A stretch of 64,000 nt of DNA from Macrostomum lignano (GCA_002269645.1 NIVC01000392.1:186001-250000), one strand, 5' to 3'; counted from the stretch's first letter, positions 1 through 14,075 are shown. Numbers and translations: made by a program. The notes: a model not told the origin generated them from the sequence alone.

Positions 1-14
1 TTAAGAAAACCCAC

Positions 15-1041
15 CTGAAATTCGGCAGCCAACCGTCGCATTTCAAGCATTTCCTCGTCGCCAAGCAGCGACTCCATGGAGACCAGATACCGGCGCACCG
101 TGTCGCCAACGGACGGCAGCGGCAGACGGGGCAGCGAGTTTTGAAACGAAAACAAACCCGGCCGACGATTTCTTAACAGAGTTTTGGCCAGAACCGCCCA
201 CACTTTGGTCGGTCGCGACACCCGACCTCGGGCTTCGTACATCCAACCGTGATAGGCTAGCATCTGGCCAATCAGCAGCTTATAGATCAGCACTACTAGT
301 AGCCACAGTATGCAGGCTATTAGCGCGCAGGAGGCGTACGTGTCGTGAGGCGGCACCACGCCTAAGTAGCTGCATAGGGGTATCAAAAGGATTAAATACA
401 AAACTATGAATAGGATTAGTGATGAAAGGTGCATGGAGTGCCAAGGTGGGAGACAGAGAAATAGGCTTGAGAAGGGCTGAGAGATGGAGGTAAGAGTAGT
501 GTGGGAGGAGACAGAGAAGTAGGGTTGGGAAAGGCTAGGAGAGGGAGAGATAGTAGAGTGGAAGGGGGAGGCAGAGTAGGGTGAGAAAGTCTGACAGAGG
601 GAAGTAGAAGTGGAGTGGGGGAGGGAAACAAAGTAGGGTTAGAGAGGCAGGGAAAAGACGTTACACCGAGACTACAAAGAGGCTTCATGATAGGCTCAGA
701 GCATCCGCAGTAGAGAACTCTTAGTACAGAGAGTAAATAATGTGTAAACTGTTTGCCACTCACCGCACAAGCAACGGGTTGAGCTGTTTCACATAGCCAA
801 ATGATAGATCGTTGCCAAACATAGTGGCAAAGATCATCACTAACATCATTGTTAGCAGGCTGCTCGGCTTAGCAGGATAAATTCCATTGCGCAGTCGGTT
901 TTTAAACCTGGCGTACCACTTTTTATAGGCTCGAACTCCGGAAGCCCAGACGCGTAGCAGGGCGTCGTGATCGAATTCAAATTCGACGCCCTGGTCGGTG
1001 ATATTAAAAGCGAACACTACAGCTTGATGGGCCTCGGCCAT
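15..1041 (-). CDS. CPT1: Carnitine O-palmitoyltransferase 1 (first two coding exons; gene continues beyond the left edge)
   Basis: Exon 1041-764 starts MAEAHQAVVFAF (CPT1 N-terminus) and ends at a GTGAGT donor (phase 2). Exon 369-15 reads RYLGVV...LAYHGWMYEARGRVSRPTKVW...FSFQNSLPRLPLPSVGDTVRRYLVSM...AEFQ then GTGGGT. Phases are consistent. Confidence 0.93.
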
Positions 1042-1845
1042 GGTTTTGTTTCGATTAGCTGCAGCTGAGACAAACAGCAAAATCTATTTGATTATTAAAT
1101 AGCGAGCGAAGACTCTTTTATACAACCTTTACCCCTTCGGTCTCTCTGTCTGTAACCCCAAAGGCTGGTCAAAGGTTATTATCACAAACACAACTATTTT
1201 AGTAAAGATTTCCTCTGTGTACTATGAAACCTTCTAAAGATTGGGTTTCAGGCAAACTAGAAAACTTGCAGAAGTTGAATCCAGTTTAGGCTTTATAATA
1301 CAAAGTAACACCTAAACATAAGGTGGATCTAAGCGCGTCCTATAGGTGAATATGTTTACGAATTTTCTTATCTAAATTTGTCACTAGCAACGATAAGCGG
1401 ACATTCTCCAAGCCAGTATTTTTATAACCAAACCTTCAAGCTATTTTTATCAATGCAAAAAGATTGCTCCGCGCCAGAGGGCAGAGACAAGAAAACGACC
1501 TTTCGACTTAAACGATTGAAACTTTACCCCCCCCCCCCCGAGGGCAAAGTCTCATTGTAACCTTTTAAGCTTTCTGTTAAGTTATCAGATCATAAAATCG
1601 CTATATCGTAATCATATTTTAGAAAAATTATGAAAAACTACTGACAACTCAAGGTAGGAAAAGATAGTAAGGGACAAGTGAAAGACTGAATTTTACAGAA
1701 TAGTACCCAGAGACTGTCACCCAGTGTATACATTTCGGTCAAAAACACCAGCATTGAAACATAATGTTACTTTTAATTTGTCAAACACGACAGAACATCA
1801 TCGCAAAACAATGCACGACTAGACTATAACTACTCTAGTTACTGT

Positions 1846-2580
1846 CTGTGTCAGATTAACCTGACAACTAATCCAGTCTGTGTCAGATAAGCCTGACAGC
1901 TAATCAAGTCTGTATCAGATAAGCCTGACAGCTAATCCAGTCTGTATTCAGATAAGCCTGACAGCTAATCCAGTCTGTGTCAGATCAGCCTGACAACTAA
2001 TCCAGTCCGTGTCAGATAAGCCTGACAGCTAATCCAGTCTGTGTCAGATAAGCCTGACAACTAATCCAGTCTGTGTCAGATAAGCCTGACAACTAATCCA
2101 GTCTGTGTCAGATAAGCCTGACAGCTAATCAAGTCTGTATCAGATAAGCCTGACAGCTAATCCAGTCTGTATTCAGATAAGCCTGACAGCTAATCCAGTC
2201 TGTGTCAGATAAGCCTGACAACTAATCCAGTCTGTGTCAGATAAGCCTGACAACTAATCCAGTCTGTGTCAGATAAGCCTGACAACTAATCCAGTCTGTG
2301 TCAGATAAGCCTGACAGCTAATCCAGTCAGTGTCAGATTAGCCTGACAGCTAATCCAGTCTGTGTCAGATAAGCCTGACAACTAATCCAGTCTGTGTCAG
2401 ATAAGCCTGACAGCTAATCCAGTCAGTGTCAGATAAGCCTGACAGCTAATCCAGTCTGTGTCAGATTAGCCTGACAGCTAATCCAGTCTGTGTCAGATAA
2501 GCCTGACAGCTAATCCAGTCTGTGTCAGATAAGCCTGACAACTAATCTAGTCTATGTCAATGTCAAATTAGCCTGACAAA
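1846..2580. repeat. 32-bp minisatellite (gtctgtgtcagataagcctgacagctaatcca), ~23 copies
   Basis: Period of 32 read directly. Each unit has an internal TGTCAG/CTGACA inverted pair and a TAATCC. Confidence 0.95.
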
Positions 2581-4254
2581 TAAGCTAATCTGTGGCAGAT
2601 GGGCAAGATCAAATTACATAAAATTAAGAAATAGTAAATTTGTGTTAGATTACTATAAGTTGTTGCATATAGAAAACAGAAAACAGGAATTTAGTCAATT
2701 TTTTTACTAAAGATATAAAATATAAAGAAAAGACCTAATCCTAACTATCTAATTGATAATACCCTATTGAGGCTTAAGCAATATTAAACCTCTATTGTAC
2801 CTTACTGTTTATATTTTGTAGTTTATATCTAATATATCATATGATTCTGACTATCACTGTTAAAAATAAAGAAATGAAGAAAATATTTATTATATTCTTT
2901 GCTTAGCTTATTGCAACAGACAATGTAAATTCTATCTAAAAGGCTATTTGGATGTTTTTTAGTTTTAGTTTTACAATCCTAATTTTAGACAAATTATAAG
3001 TTATGATAAACTTTATTTAGCATATTTCTTGCTTATCTAAACTGCTAGCTATCAATATAATTTGGATAAAAAATTGTTCAAAATCATGGTATAAGGAAAA
3101 AGAAATATCTAGAAAAAAGTGACAATTGTCACTTTTGACAAGTGAAGAATGAAGAGAAATTTTACTAATTGGTAGGGTTTTTAATAAAACCAGAGCTAGT
3201 CAACTGTTTCTATAAAAAAGATAAAAAAGAATATATATTTTTATTTAATAAACTACTAGAAAACATAAATTTAAAAACTTTATTTGCTACTAACTTATCT
3301 ATTTGTAGTTTTTGCATATAATGCCAATGGCCTTCATTTTGACTAAGTATTTGATTATCTTTCTTATTAATAAGCCATTGTACAATATGAACACAGGCCA
3401 ATAACTAATTTTCATATTGAAATGTGCAATTCATTATCTATATATGACTAGATATTATACTAACATATAAAGCAAGTTCTTTCTTTTAAATATTTTATAG
3501 GCCTAATAGTAAATGTTTTTATATACCCCCTATATGACTTAAGGGGCTATAATAGATTTCTATGCTTTTTAGTACTTGGCATTTTGGTATCTCAGATTGT
3601 TTTTTCAGTGTCTCAGTTTAAAATATATAAGTAATGAAATAATCTTACAACAATATAATAAGTTTTATATAAAACTTTTGATTTTTCTCATAAAAGTAGT
3701 ATCCATTTTGTTAAATTAGCATGTTTATTTAATTTTGAAAATTCTATTTACTTTAACTACATTTGCTATTGATGCTATATATGCATTTAGCCTATAAGGT
3801 TACATTTGACTTAGAATTTGTGCTAAGAAGACTTAGGTAACAATGATAACCAACAACAATGCTATATAAAATTTTGGTCAAAATTATAAAATGTGACAAA
3901 TCTTTTTAAATATGATTTTATTTCTTAAATAACATATAATCATGTATGTTTTGATTGCTTAAAAAATGAAGACAAAAAATTAAATGAAGAAGAAACTACT
4001 TTTTCAACAAAAAACAGTAGATTAGCTTAACAAAATGAAAAGCAAATATTTTTACTTTAGTCTAGATTGCAAACTTGCAAAGCAATTATTGTTAAATTAG
4101 ATGCTAGATCTAGGGCTTATTTAATTCTTTTGTTTCTAATTCCATTTATAATTTAGGCCTCAAAAAGCAAACTAGGCCTAGGGCACCAAAATGCCAGGTA
4201 CCGAAATGCTGGATACCATGGATACCAAAAAACAGAGTTTACCCAACACTTTAA

Positions 4255-4390
4255 ATGAGAGATAGGAGAGTAGAGAGAACAGAGGAGAGATCAGAGAGAA
4301 GAGATTATAGACTAGAGGAAAGAGGAGAGACAAGGAAAGAAGTGAAGAGAGAGAAGAGGAAAGAGGAGAATGAAGAGAGTAGAGAATAAA

Positions 4391-4471
<81 letters not shown>

Positions 4472-4740
4472 TTGAGTAGAGTAGAGCAAAGAGAAATAAG
4501 AAGAGATAAGAGAAAAGATAAGAGAAGAGAAAGGAGAGATGAGAGAGCAAAGATGAAAGGGAAGAGATAAGGGAAGAGATGAGAGACAAGGAGAGAGAGA
4601 GGAGAGATAAAACAAGAAAAGATATGAGAGGAAAGAGAGAGAAGAAAGAGGAAAAGAGAGAAGAGAAGAGATGAGTTGGAGAAAGAGAAGAAAGGAGAGA
4701 CAAAGGATGAGAGAAGAGAGGAAACAAAAGAGAAGATACA
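4255..4740. repeat. Purine-rich low-complexity tract with (GA)n microsatellite (~4395-4470)
   Basis: Directly visible; source of the spurious Leu/Ser and Glu/Arg ORFs. Confidence 0.95.
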
Positions 4741-4967
4741 AGTTGCAATGGACCCAAGGTTATATAGGGAAAGTTAGAGACAAAGGCCAGAGTTTGCCAA
4801 TACATGTTTTAGAGTCAGACAGACATTGCCTAACATTCTACGTAGCACCCAAGCTAACAATATCAAATGTTTGCCTCAAATCTTAATTTTATACAAATGT
4901 ACTCCATTTTATATTTAGGCCTACCCTATCCTACTAACTATTAACAAGTTTTTGTTTGAATATAGGC

Positions 4968-5366
4968 TAGAGGTCGGACGGGATTGAAATCTTCGGGCGG
5001 GATCGGGATCGGGAATAATTTTTTTCTCGGGATCGGGATCGGGATCGGGATTCGGGAATCGGGATCAGGTCTTTTAGTGTATTGTCCATGTAAAGTTAAA
5101 CAAAATTGAGAAAAGATTGTCAAGATCAAAAAGTAAAACACAACGAAATTGATATGAAGTTTTGAAACCAACAAAGTAAATAATGTAACAAGTACAAGTT
5201 AAAGCAAAATACTTTCAAGTAATCACTAATTCTACAAATTATTAATCGAAAGACCTGTTCTCGAATCTCGAGTTTTTTAGGGTCGGGATTCTGGTCCCGC
5301 GGGAATTCAATTTTCCTCGGGATCCCGAGATTTCGGGATCGGGATCGGGATCCCGTCCGACCTCTA
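4968..5366. mobile_element. hAT-type MITE (399 bp)
   Basis: 17-bp TIRs TAGAGGTCGGACGGGAT / ATCCCGTCCGACCTCTA, perfect 8-bp TSD ATATAGGC (4960-4967, 5367-5374), subterminal CGGGAT repeats. Confidence 0.9.
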
Positions 5367-6897
5367 ATATAGGCCTAGCCTCAGATTTAAGAGCACATGC
5401 ACAAATATTTCTGGGAATTGTAATTTCCCAGGTTCAAAATCTATGGGTTTCAACAGTTTGTACTTTATATAATATAGACCTAGATAGGCCTAGTCATCAC
5501 TAAATTTCAATTTTATATAGCAAATAGGCCTAGGCTTTATAATTAAAGGCTTAATTATAGGACCTATATTTTATTTATTTTTTCATTGTTTATATATTTA
5601 TTTATTTAAATATTTACTTATATTTATATATTTTATTATTTTACTTATTGTAATTTGGCCTAGGGCCTAGCTAGTGTCAGCAATTTTAGATATTTAGTAA
5701 TTTAGTATATATGCTTTTCCAATTATTGCTTTATTGATCTTTTAAAATAAAAGTTCTTAAAAAAACATTTTCTCATTTTACCAGAATCTAGCCTAGGCCA
5801 ATAGCCTAGCCTTATATAGACCTTATAGGTCTAGGCCTATATTAAAAGCTTTTTTAGTGTCTAGGCCTCTAATTTTGATAAAATATAGTTTAAAATTGGT
5901 ATATACAACTGTCTTCAAAGTTCAAACTTATTTGATTTAGCTAATTTGTATAGGCCTATGCCACTATATTATATATATCGATAAATTTAGATTGACCAAA
6001 AAATAAAAATAGGCCTAATAGGTCTATGCCTAGGCCTACTGCCTCTGCCTATAGCTGTACTGTAGCACTAGCAATAGCTAGGGCCTAATACTAATAGGTG
6101 GCAGAAAGCTGATGCATACTGCATAGTTCGTTTTTTTGTAGCCAAAATTTGTCTTAGTTAGGCCGTAAACTCTAGGCCCCCCTATTTATTATTCAGTAAA
6201 TGTTTATTCCACCAGTGACTGATACCGAACCTTGTGAAGTTCAAATAGTTCGCTTAGGCCCAGCTACGAGCTACTTAAGAACGAACGACAACCACACAAC
6301 ATACCACCTGATCTGACCTGAGGCCAAACCCTAGCTCGACTGGACTACTAGATCAGATCTTCCTTTTGTTTGTAAAATATTCTCACCTATGTTGCTTTAA
6401 AGTCATAAGAAACTTAAAGTCAGAATGGTGATGTAGCAATTTAGGCCTAGCTTGCAAAAGAATTTTTCTCGTTCGTTTAAAAAATTCGGTTTTTGTTTTA
6501 GTACGCAAAATATAGATTTAAATATGAGCACTTCTGGTCTAAAGAACTCGGCGGCGCGTCTTCCAAACACCCTTCAGCAATGAACCCGGCCGTTACTGCA
6601 TGCAGTGGTATGGTTTTTTAGATAGATTAGTCTCGGGACTTCTGGTATAAGTATGTGTTTCATGAAGATTTAATTCGTCATTCAGTTGCAGAGATGAACG
6701 GCTAACAGGCTATAATGTGACGGACGAAAAATTTTGGCTTGAACAATGTCCGGTTTGCCATAATTTCTACATGGTTTACATTATAATACATCCAGTTGAC
6801 GAAATTCCGGTTGACGAAATGTCCTGGAAACTGAAATTCAATGTAGGAGCAGTACGAATACGAACAATTTTACCACAATTTTATGCTAATATCGATC

Positions 6898-7040
6898 CTG
6901 GTTCTGGTTCTAGAACTCGAATTTATTCTGGTTCTAGAACCGATTGCCGTGAAAATTAGCTCACTCACTATCACACCGAGACTCTTCACGGCAATCGGTT
7001 CCAGAACCAGAGTGGGTTCGAGTTCTAGAACCAGAACCAG
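6898..7040. repeat. Long inverted repeat (56-bp arms, 31-bp spacer), probable MITE remnant
   Basis: 6898-6953 is the near-perfect reverse complement of 6985-7040; built from TCTAGAACCAGAACC motifs. Confidence 0.8.
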
Positions 7041-7819
7041 TGTGAAATGAGGAGCTTCGAGCCCATTTTATGTTTGACAGTCTTTACAATTTAATTTTGT
7101 CGTTCTTTGACTTTGTTTCCTCTTGGATATGACAAAAAAGGAATAATTATATAACAATAATAAAAATTGACGATTTCAAATATATTTTACTACTGTTAGA
7201 GTGTAAACATGACAACGGTTCGAGAAAATTTCTCGAACCATATTCTAGAACCAGAACCATGTTCCGGAACTGATTCTGTTTTTCGAACCATCGATATGAA
7301 GAGCGTCGAACCAGCGATATGAAGATCGGCTCAGTGTAATTCGCTAGTGAAACGTGAGTCTGTTCGTCCTTGACGAATAGTCCGGTACCCATTTTAACGA
7401 TGAGGGTAGGGACGATTATAGTCCACTCAACTACGATTTATATTTATCTTCTATCTTCTATCATTTAGATAATTAGACTCTTTGCAGACGGAAATCGGCA
7501 GTTAAAGTACAGCAATATAGGTAATGTAGCTTGCTTGAGTATTTATAAGTAAATTAGCAAGCAGAAAAACAAAACGAAAGTATTATTAACTTCTTAATAG
7601 TTAATTTTCATTTGAATCAATACAATAGGTAAAGACTTTGTTTAGTACATTACAAATAAATTGCGGGATTTTGAACTACGCAAAACCACCGAATAAACTT
7701 CGCAAAACAAACACTCACTTACTCAGAGTCAGACCTGAGTCCTGACCAGGCTCCCCCTTACATATAGGGGCCTAATCAATCTATAATCATCGTGCTTAGC
7801 GATCAGCCTTACAAAGGCA

Positions 7820-9008
7820 GGCAATCCTACACTTCCGTTCGGTAAATTATTTTAACATTTGAATTCGTACCACCGAGTCAAATGACGTCAATTGGCAATG
7901 TGTCTATGGCCAAAAGTTTGAGCGAACAGAGTTTAAGGGGGTGTCAGTTTAAGGGAGCTGTTGCTTGTGAGCTGCTTGTTTTTTGAGCTTCAATTTCTCA
8001 TTTCCCATCGGCTGCACTTCGTAGATCCAGCGGACCCAACAGTCCACACCAACACCGTGGAGGGCACATAGGCCCACGCGCCATAGTCAGGAAGGTGTCC
8101 GTACGCCGGAATTTTCCGGCGTACATCAGCCCCCCCCCCAAAAAAAATGGCGTACAGTTTCGCGTACACGCGGTCCGAAAAATGGCGTACAGAGTTCTTG
8201 GCGTACACAACACAGTTTTCGCATGCAAAAATCTGTCCAAAAATCGGCCTACAATATTTGTATGTGATTGGCGTACGAACAAACGTTTAAAAAACCTGCA
8301 AACAACCCAATTACTTCGACAAAGTATTGTATATCGTTCAATTTTAGTGAATTGGTAAATCTATTTTCATCTTTAAAACGCTGAAATTACGTAAATTTTA
8401 AATCTGATTTATTGTTAACAAAACTTTACTAAAGTTTTGTGTAAGTCAGTTATTTATTTTAACTTATTAACTAATTCTGTACAATAATTACTTTAGTATT
8501 TTAGATTTCTTCACGTTACAACAGATGACATACAGGTAAGTTAAGATTTAAGTTGCAAATTTTGGCGTACGCTTTTTTGGGCTATTCAAATTTTGGCGTA
8601 CGTCAAAAAGCGCTTTTTTAGGGCTTTTCAATTTTGGCGTACACAACATTTTTTCTTAATTTTCATTCCGGCGTACACTGGACACCTTCCTGACTATGGC
8701 CCACGCGAAGTGCAAGATCTGCAACATGCATAGCACGAGCGATGCTCTCTTCGATGCACACATTGAGGAATTCCTCTGGCGTCGTCTATATCCTCAATGT
8801 CCATTTGGGGCTATCCTGTACTGGATTGGATATTACTATCCATTATAGACACCTTAATGACCTGCAGACACACTCTAAGTGACTATGCGCTCTAATAGAC
8901 TGCTACCATGTTCCACTGTTTCAGTTTTGTTTGGTTACATTGTTATTTAACACGCCTGTTCAAAATTCAGTGTCAAAATAATTTACTGAACGGAAGTGTA
9001 GGATTGCC
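7820..9008 (+). mobile_element. Merlin (IS1595/ISXO2-like) DNA transposon, internally deleted, with transposase C-terminal remnant
   Basis: 34-bp TIRs GGCAATCCTACACTTCCGTTC(G/A)GTAAATTATTTT and 8-bp TSD CAAAGGCA (7812-7819, 9009-9016). Removing the nested MITE joins 8006-8080 and 8708-8848 in frame: HRLHFVDPADPTVHTNTVEGT*AHAKCKI...LFDAHIEEFLWRRLY, matching the ISXO2-like C-terminus. Confidence 0.88.
8081..8699. mobile_element. MITE (619 bp) nested in the Merlin transposase remnant
   Basis: 20-bp perfect TIRs CCATAGTCAGGAAGGTGTCC, 8-bp TSD CCCACGCG (8073-8080, 8700-8707), internal GGCGTAC repeats. Superfamily uncertain. Confidence 0.9.
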
Positions 9009-10662
9009 CAAAGGCAATTCAACTTTTGCAGCCTAGGAATTCTGAATTTTCATGCGGTCTAGACAGCAAACAGACAAATATTTCTGACAGTTGACCATAT
9101 ACACTGTACTGTATGGTGACCGTATAAATAACGAAACAAAAAATGCTAATATAATTCATAAGATACTATCTGGGCCTATGGTCTTTACTTAATGTAACTG
9201 TATAAATACCAAAACTGTTATTTTTATCATCACTTTAGGTAGAAAGCAAAATGGCTTCTTTTACTTTTACAGTCTTGTGGAAGAAATTTTAGTTAAATTA
9301 CAATGTAATAGTTAACAATTGCCTAAAGTAAGCTACCATGACAAGAACCAATAGAAGTTACCATTGTATTTATTTATAACACGTTTCTCTATTTTTTTAA
9401 TTCAACCATCTTAGCATTTGCACATCAAGTTTGTCACTTAATTTAGATTGTAGTTGTAGGCCCTATTTGCTTTAAGTGTTAACTATAAAAGTAACCATCT
9501 TGCTATTTATATGGTCATTGTAACACTATAACAACTGCCTATATTTATTGGCCTAATAAAAATGCAAGTGCAACTAGCACTAGGGCTAGGCCTAGATAAC
9601 TCATTTAGATGATGAAAATCAAATTGTTAAATGTTGTGTTTGTTTTATGTTCTTATGATTAAAAGTAAAGTAATAATAAAATTTTGTTATTTTCTTTTTT
9701 ATTTACAATTATCTAGAATTAAAGTGTAGGGCCTAACAACTTCTCTGCAACTTCTACAGTTGTCACAATGCTAAAAATTCCTTTAGTTTATTGTTTCAAT
9801 TACAATAGGGCCTACTTTTTGATGATTCTAGCATATAGACCATTATAAATTTGAGCGTATAGCATAGGGGTCATTTTTCTTGTATATCATATAATAGATT
9901 TAAGAGTATGACAGCAGGAAAGATGCGATTTACAAATGACTTTCATAGTTTCCCATTATTATTCTATATTAAAACTCATAAGTTGGTCCTTTTAATTTTG
10001 TGCAGGGCAGGGCCTCTCCCAATTCATTTTTAATTCATTTATAATGAACTCAAAACTCATTTTTTATTTCATGCCAAATTTAAGGAAACATATTTGTTAT
10101 AATACACATATTTTTCATAATATTTTATGTGAACTAATTTTTGTTTAAACTAGCAATAAATTTAGTATAAGTAGAAGCATTTTTGGCGAAAGAGAGACCA
10201 ATCTCATGCATCACAGTTCTTTAAGAAAGAAAGCCAGTATCAAATAGTAAGAGTTTTGAATAAATATTATTGAAGATTGTTTTCCAAGTTATTCATTTGC
10301 AAAAGAGAAGTGAAATGGCAGAGAACGCATAGTATATATTATTGAAAAGTGGAAGTAGTAAGAGACTACAAAATAAATCCTAAATCAATAAATAAAAAAT
10401 AACCGAAGGCTATAACCCTCTGATCTCAGTAATGCCTAAGATTGGAAGAATATGCAATATGTGTACCAATAAGCCAATACACCACTCAGGCCAGAATAAT
10501 AGTAGAACGCTATTATAATTACAATAGAATGCAACTCGTATACCAACAATAATACTCAGACAACTACTCAGATATATATATATATATACTCAAGATTAAT
10601 TCTAAGAAACATTTCTCAGACTTATTCTAAGATTAATAAACTCTTAATTTATTAATAAAATA

Positions 10663-10969
10663 GTCTTAGTGGCAGCTACCATACATGCGCAACCCCTTGA
10701 TTTACATTGGCCATGCAACTTACTTTTTAACCAAAAATGTGACTTACCTGTGGCAAAAAACACTAAAGCAAAATTAACTTGGGTAAATGGCAGGAGTAAC
10801 TATGACAGTCTTGTCATACCTAAATGCCTCAGAATCTAATTAGTACTATATCTGTCTTCTTTGGGGTGGCATTTTTGTGACTTATCTCTAGTCTACCACA
10901 ATTTATGGTAGCCAGATTGGCCAGGTCAGCTAGCAGTTGCGCATGTATAGCAGCTACCAACATTAAGAC
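10663..10969. mobile_element. Possible degraded MITE
   Basis: Imperfect inverted repeats GGCAGCTACCATACATGCGCAAC (~10671) and GTTGCGCATGTATAGCAGCTACC (~10936); no clear TSD. Confidence 0.4.
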
Positions 10970-11332
10970 ATTTAATATAGAAAGAAGTATAGCCCTAGTA
11001 CAACTCAGTAACAGCTTTAGGACAATTCATTTAGAAAGACAGGAATAACCCTTAGTACAACTTGGTGGCATTGTGGAATCATTTATAAATACAAAATTTA
11101 AGCCCTATTACAAATTCAGTGACCTCAGTAGGATTTTTAATAGAGATAAGCTTTAGCCCATTACAACTTGGTGGCATTAGTAGAATAGCTAAAAGAGGGA
11201 AGCAAACCCCTACAACACTTTTATTGCACTAAGTTAATTATGACTATAACTATGATATATTTTAAGTTTTTATATTCTAAAAATAATTTAGAGTGGGAAA
11301 CTAGAATATTGCTTCCTGTTTATCTAGGCTCC

Positions 11333-11757
11333 TATATTATTATCTTCAAACTAAATCTATGCATGCTAGCCTATAAACTTCTATTGATTATCTAATTGAC
11401 TAATTATAAGCCATAGTCAGGAAAATAGCCTTTTTCACAAAAAATTCTAGTACAAAACAGAAGAAGGTTAGACATGTGCTATATCAGTGCATTATTCCAA
11501 TGCAATAGGCCTAGCAAGCAAGCAAGGAGGAAAATTGTTATGCTCCTATGCTACTATATTATTATCTTCAAACTAAATCTATGCATGCTAGCCTATAAAC
11601 TTCTATTGATTATCTAATTGACTAATTATAAGCCATAGTCAAGAAAATAGCCTTTTTCACAAAAAATTCTAGTACAAAAAAGAAGAAGGTTAGACATGTG
11701 CTATATCAGTGCATTATTCTAATGCAATAGGCCTAACAAGCAAGCAAGGAGGAAATT
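11333..11757. repeat. Tandem duplication, 222-bp period
   Basis: TATATTATTATCTTCAAACTAAATC... begins at 11333 and 11555; copies nearly identical. Confidence 0.9.
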
Positions 11758-11879
11758 AGACTTCTTGAACTTTAGGCAAGTAAAATAGTTGCAATTTTAA
11801 TAGGATTATAATTTTGTCTCTATATGGGCTTTTAATGGTGCTGATTTCAAATTTGAGCTTCATTTTTTTGTAGCTTAAA

Positions 11880-12370
11880 GCCAACCACCAGGGCATGGAG
11901 AATGAGGGGTTTTAGTGTGGAAAGAATCTTCATGGGGAATTATTTTACATACCTAAACTTAATAAAGGCATGGAGGTCTATTAAAGATTAGTTGGATAAA
12001 TTTGAAAGCTAAGCCAAAGGGAAAGGGTTAGTCTTAGAAGACAGGGGTAGGGGCAAAGGGACAGCTAACAACTACCAACAACCAGGACATGAGGAATAAG
12101 GGTTTTAAGGTGGGAAGAATCTTTATGAGGATAGATTTTATGTACCTAAACTGCAATAAAGGCAGGGGGTCTATTGAAGATTAGGTAGATAAATTCCAAA
12201 CCCAAGGAGGGGTCTAACAGGGAGGCTGGCAGACTACTACTAACCACCAAGGCATGGGGAATGAGGGGTTTTAGGGTGGGGAGATTCTTCATAAGAATTG
12301 ATTTTGTTTACTGTACCTAAACTTTAATAAAGGCATGGGGGTCTATTATAGATTAATTAGATAAATTTAG
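11880..12370. repeat. Diverged ~180-bp tandem trimer
   Basis: Three related units (CAACCA...GGCATG...GAGGGGTTTTAG...TACCTAAAC...GGTCTATT) near 11882, 12070 and 12240. Confidence 0.7.
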
Positions 12371-14075
12371 ACACTAAGGGGGTCTAGAAAAGAATTGTAA
12401 TAAAGCTTAAATTAAAAATTCAGCTAGTTATTGAACATCTCCATGGAGAAAAATTATAATCCTAATAAACTAATCAATTTCAGCAGCTGTAATTACCTTT
12501 AGAATGGAAAAGACAATGTAAATTGGTAGAAATGAGTATAGGTAAACTAAAAAAATGTACAGCTAGTCACACCCATGAAATAACAATAGCAAATCAAAAG
12601 CAGGAAGTGAGGGGCAGTGGGAAACTGTGGATAAGCATTTTTTAACAACACTAATCAGACATAGCACTCTTGTTGCACTCATTATAACAAACTGAGTGAA
12701 TAAAATTGGGATAGACACTTTTTTGAAGTTAAAATTCTAACCGTGTAAATGTTCTTTTATAATAAATTTATTAAATTGTGGAAAATATTTGCATTCCAAA
12801 GTTATGATTCTAAAAAAGTTTAATTTTCAAACATACAATTCTCCAAAACTGCTTGCATCAAATTATAATTAATTACATAGGGATTAACTAATCTAGCTCT
12901 TGTTAACTCTAAAAGTAAATTTTTGCAGTTTTTTTACTTTAATATCATTTTGGACAGCCTCTAATACTCTGGCAAAAGGTTCAGTAAAATCAGAAAATTA
13001 GAAGTATTTTATGTACCTTAAGTTCAAGAATTCCAAAAAATCTATCACAATGCAATGTGTGCTGCAAAATAAATAATGGCATAATTTGTTGCAAAATAAA
13101 GAGACAATATTTTCATAGACAGAAAATTAGCTTATAATTTCTTTTTATTAGCACTTTTTGTTTGCTAGTATATTGACAACCTTTTTAATTAAAATATATT
13201 AACATTGTTTAGGCATGCACCCAGCATGATCCAGACTATAGGAGTAACTATGACACTTTTAAATGACAAAAATGCTTTGGCATCTAATTATTGATCTAAG
13301 TAAGCAACTAGTCTACTCTTTAAGCAAAATTCAAGTGAAATCGCAAAAATTAAAACTTAGTAGAAAGTAATTGATGTTGAATTAAACATAATTCTTATAT
13401 AACTAATCTAGTTAATTCTAATTACTAATACTAAATGATGTTTCATTTGTATTCTTGAGAATGCTCTTGAGAATACTTTACCAGAGTCAAGTCCATAGGG
13501 CCATGCATTTGCATTTTGAAAAAAAAACCAACTAATGATTACACTTAAACAATGATTGCCAAAAATGTTCAATGCCTCAGAGGTCTTAAAGTTTAGTAAC
13601 TTTACTTTATATAACTTCCTTTCAAAAATGTTATTGCAAAAAATGAACAATATGACATGGAATGTTTTTTTTAAATATATTTTTATTTTAAGTTTTATTT
13701 CTTTTGCAGAAAAAAAATTCAAATCCAAAGGCATTAGACAATTAGTTTTAATAAATATCAACTTTAATTACTTTTATTTTTATTGCTAAACAGTCTAATT
13801 ACCTAATCAGTTATTGCTTAATTTTATATTTTATAGTTGTTATTTATTATAATATAAAAACAATATTTAAGTTATCAATTATTTTTATATTGTTGTATTA
13901 GTAAATACTTTGCTAAGTTTGTTTCTAAACTTCTAAACTTATAGTCATTTCAGCTGCCTTTTCAGCTTGCATATTTTTCTTTACTATTGAGTTAAAACTA
14001 GAAAGCTATTTTACTAAATATATATTCTTAGGTAGCCCATCTAGTTATTTTAGTATCTGTGGTGTAGACCAATAC

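Noticed and set aside
4178-4886. Leu/Ser-rich and Glu/Arg-rich ORFs (also 17603-18133)
   Set aside because: Translations of GA/CT low-complexity sequence.
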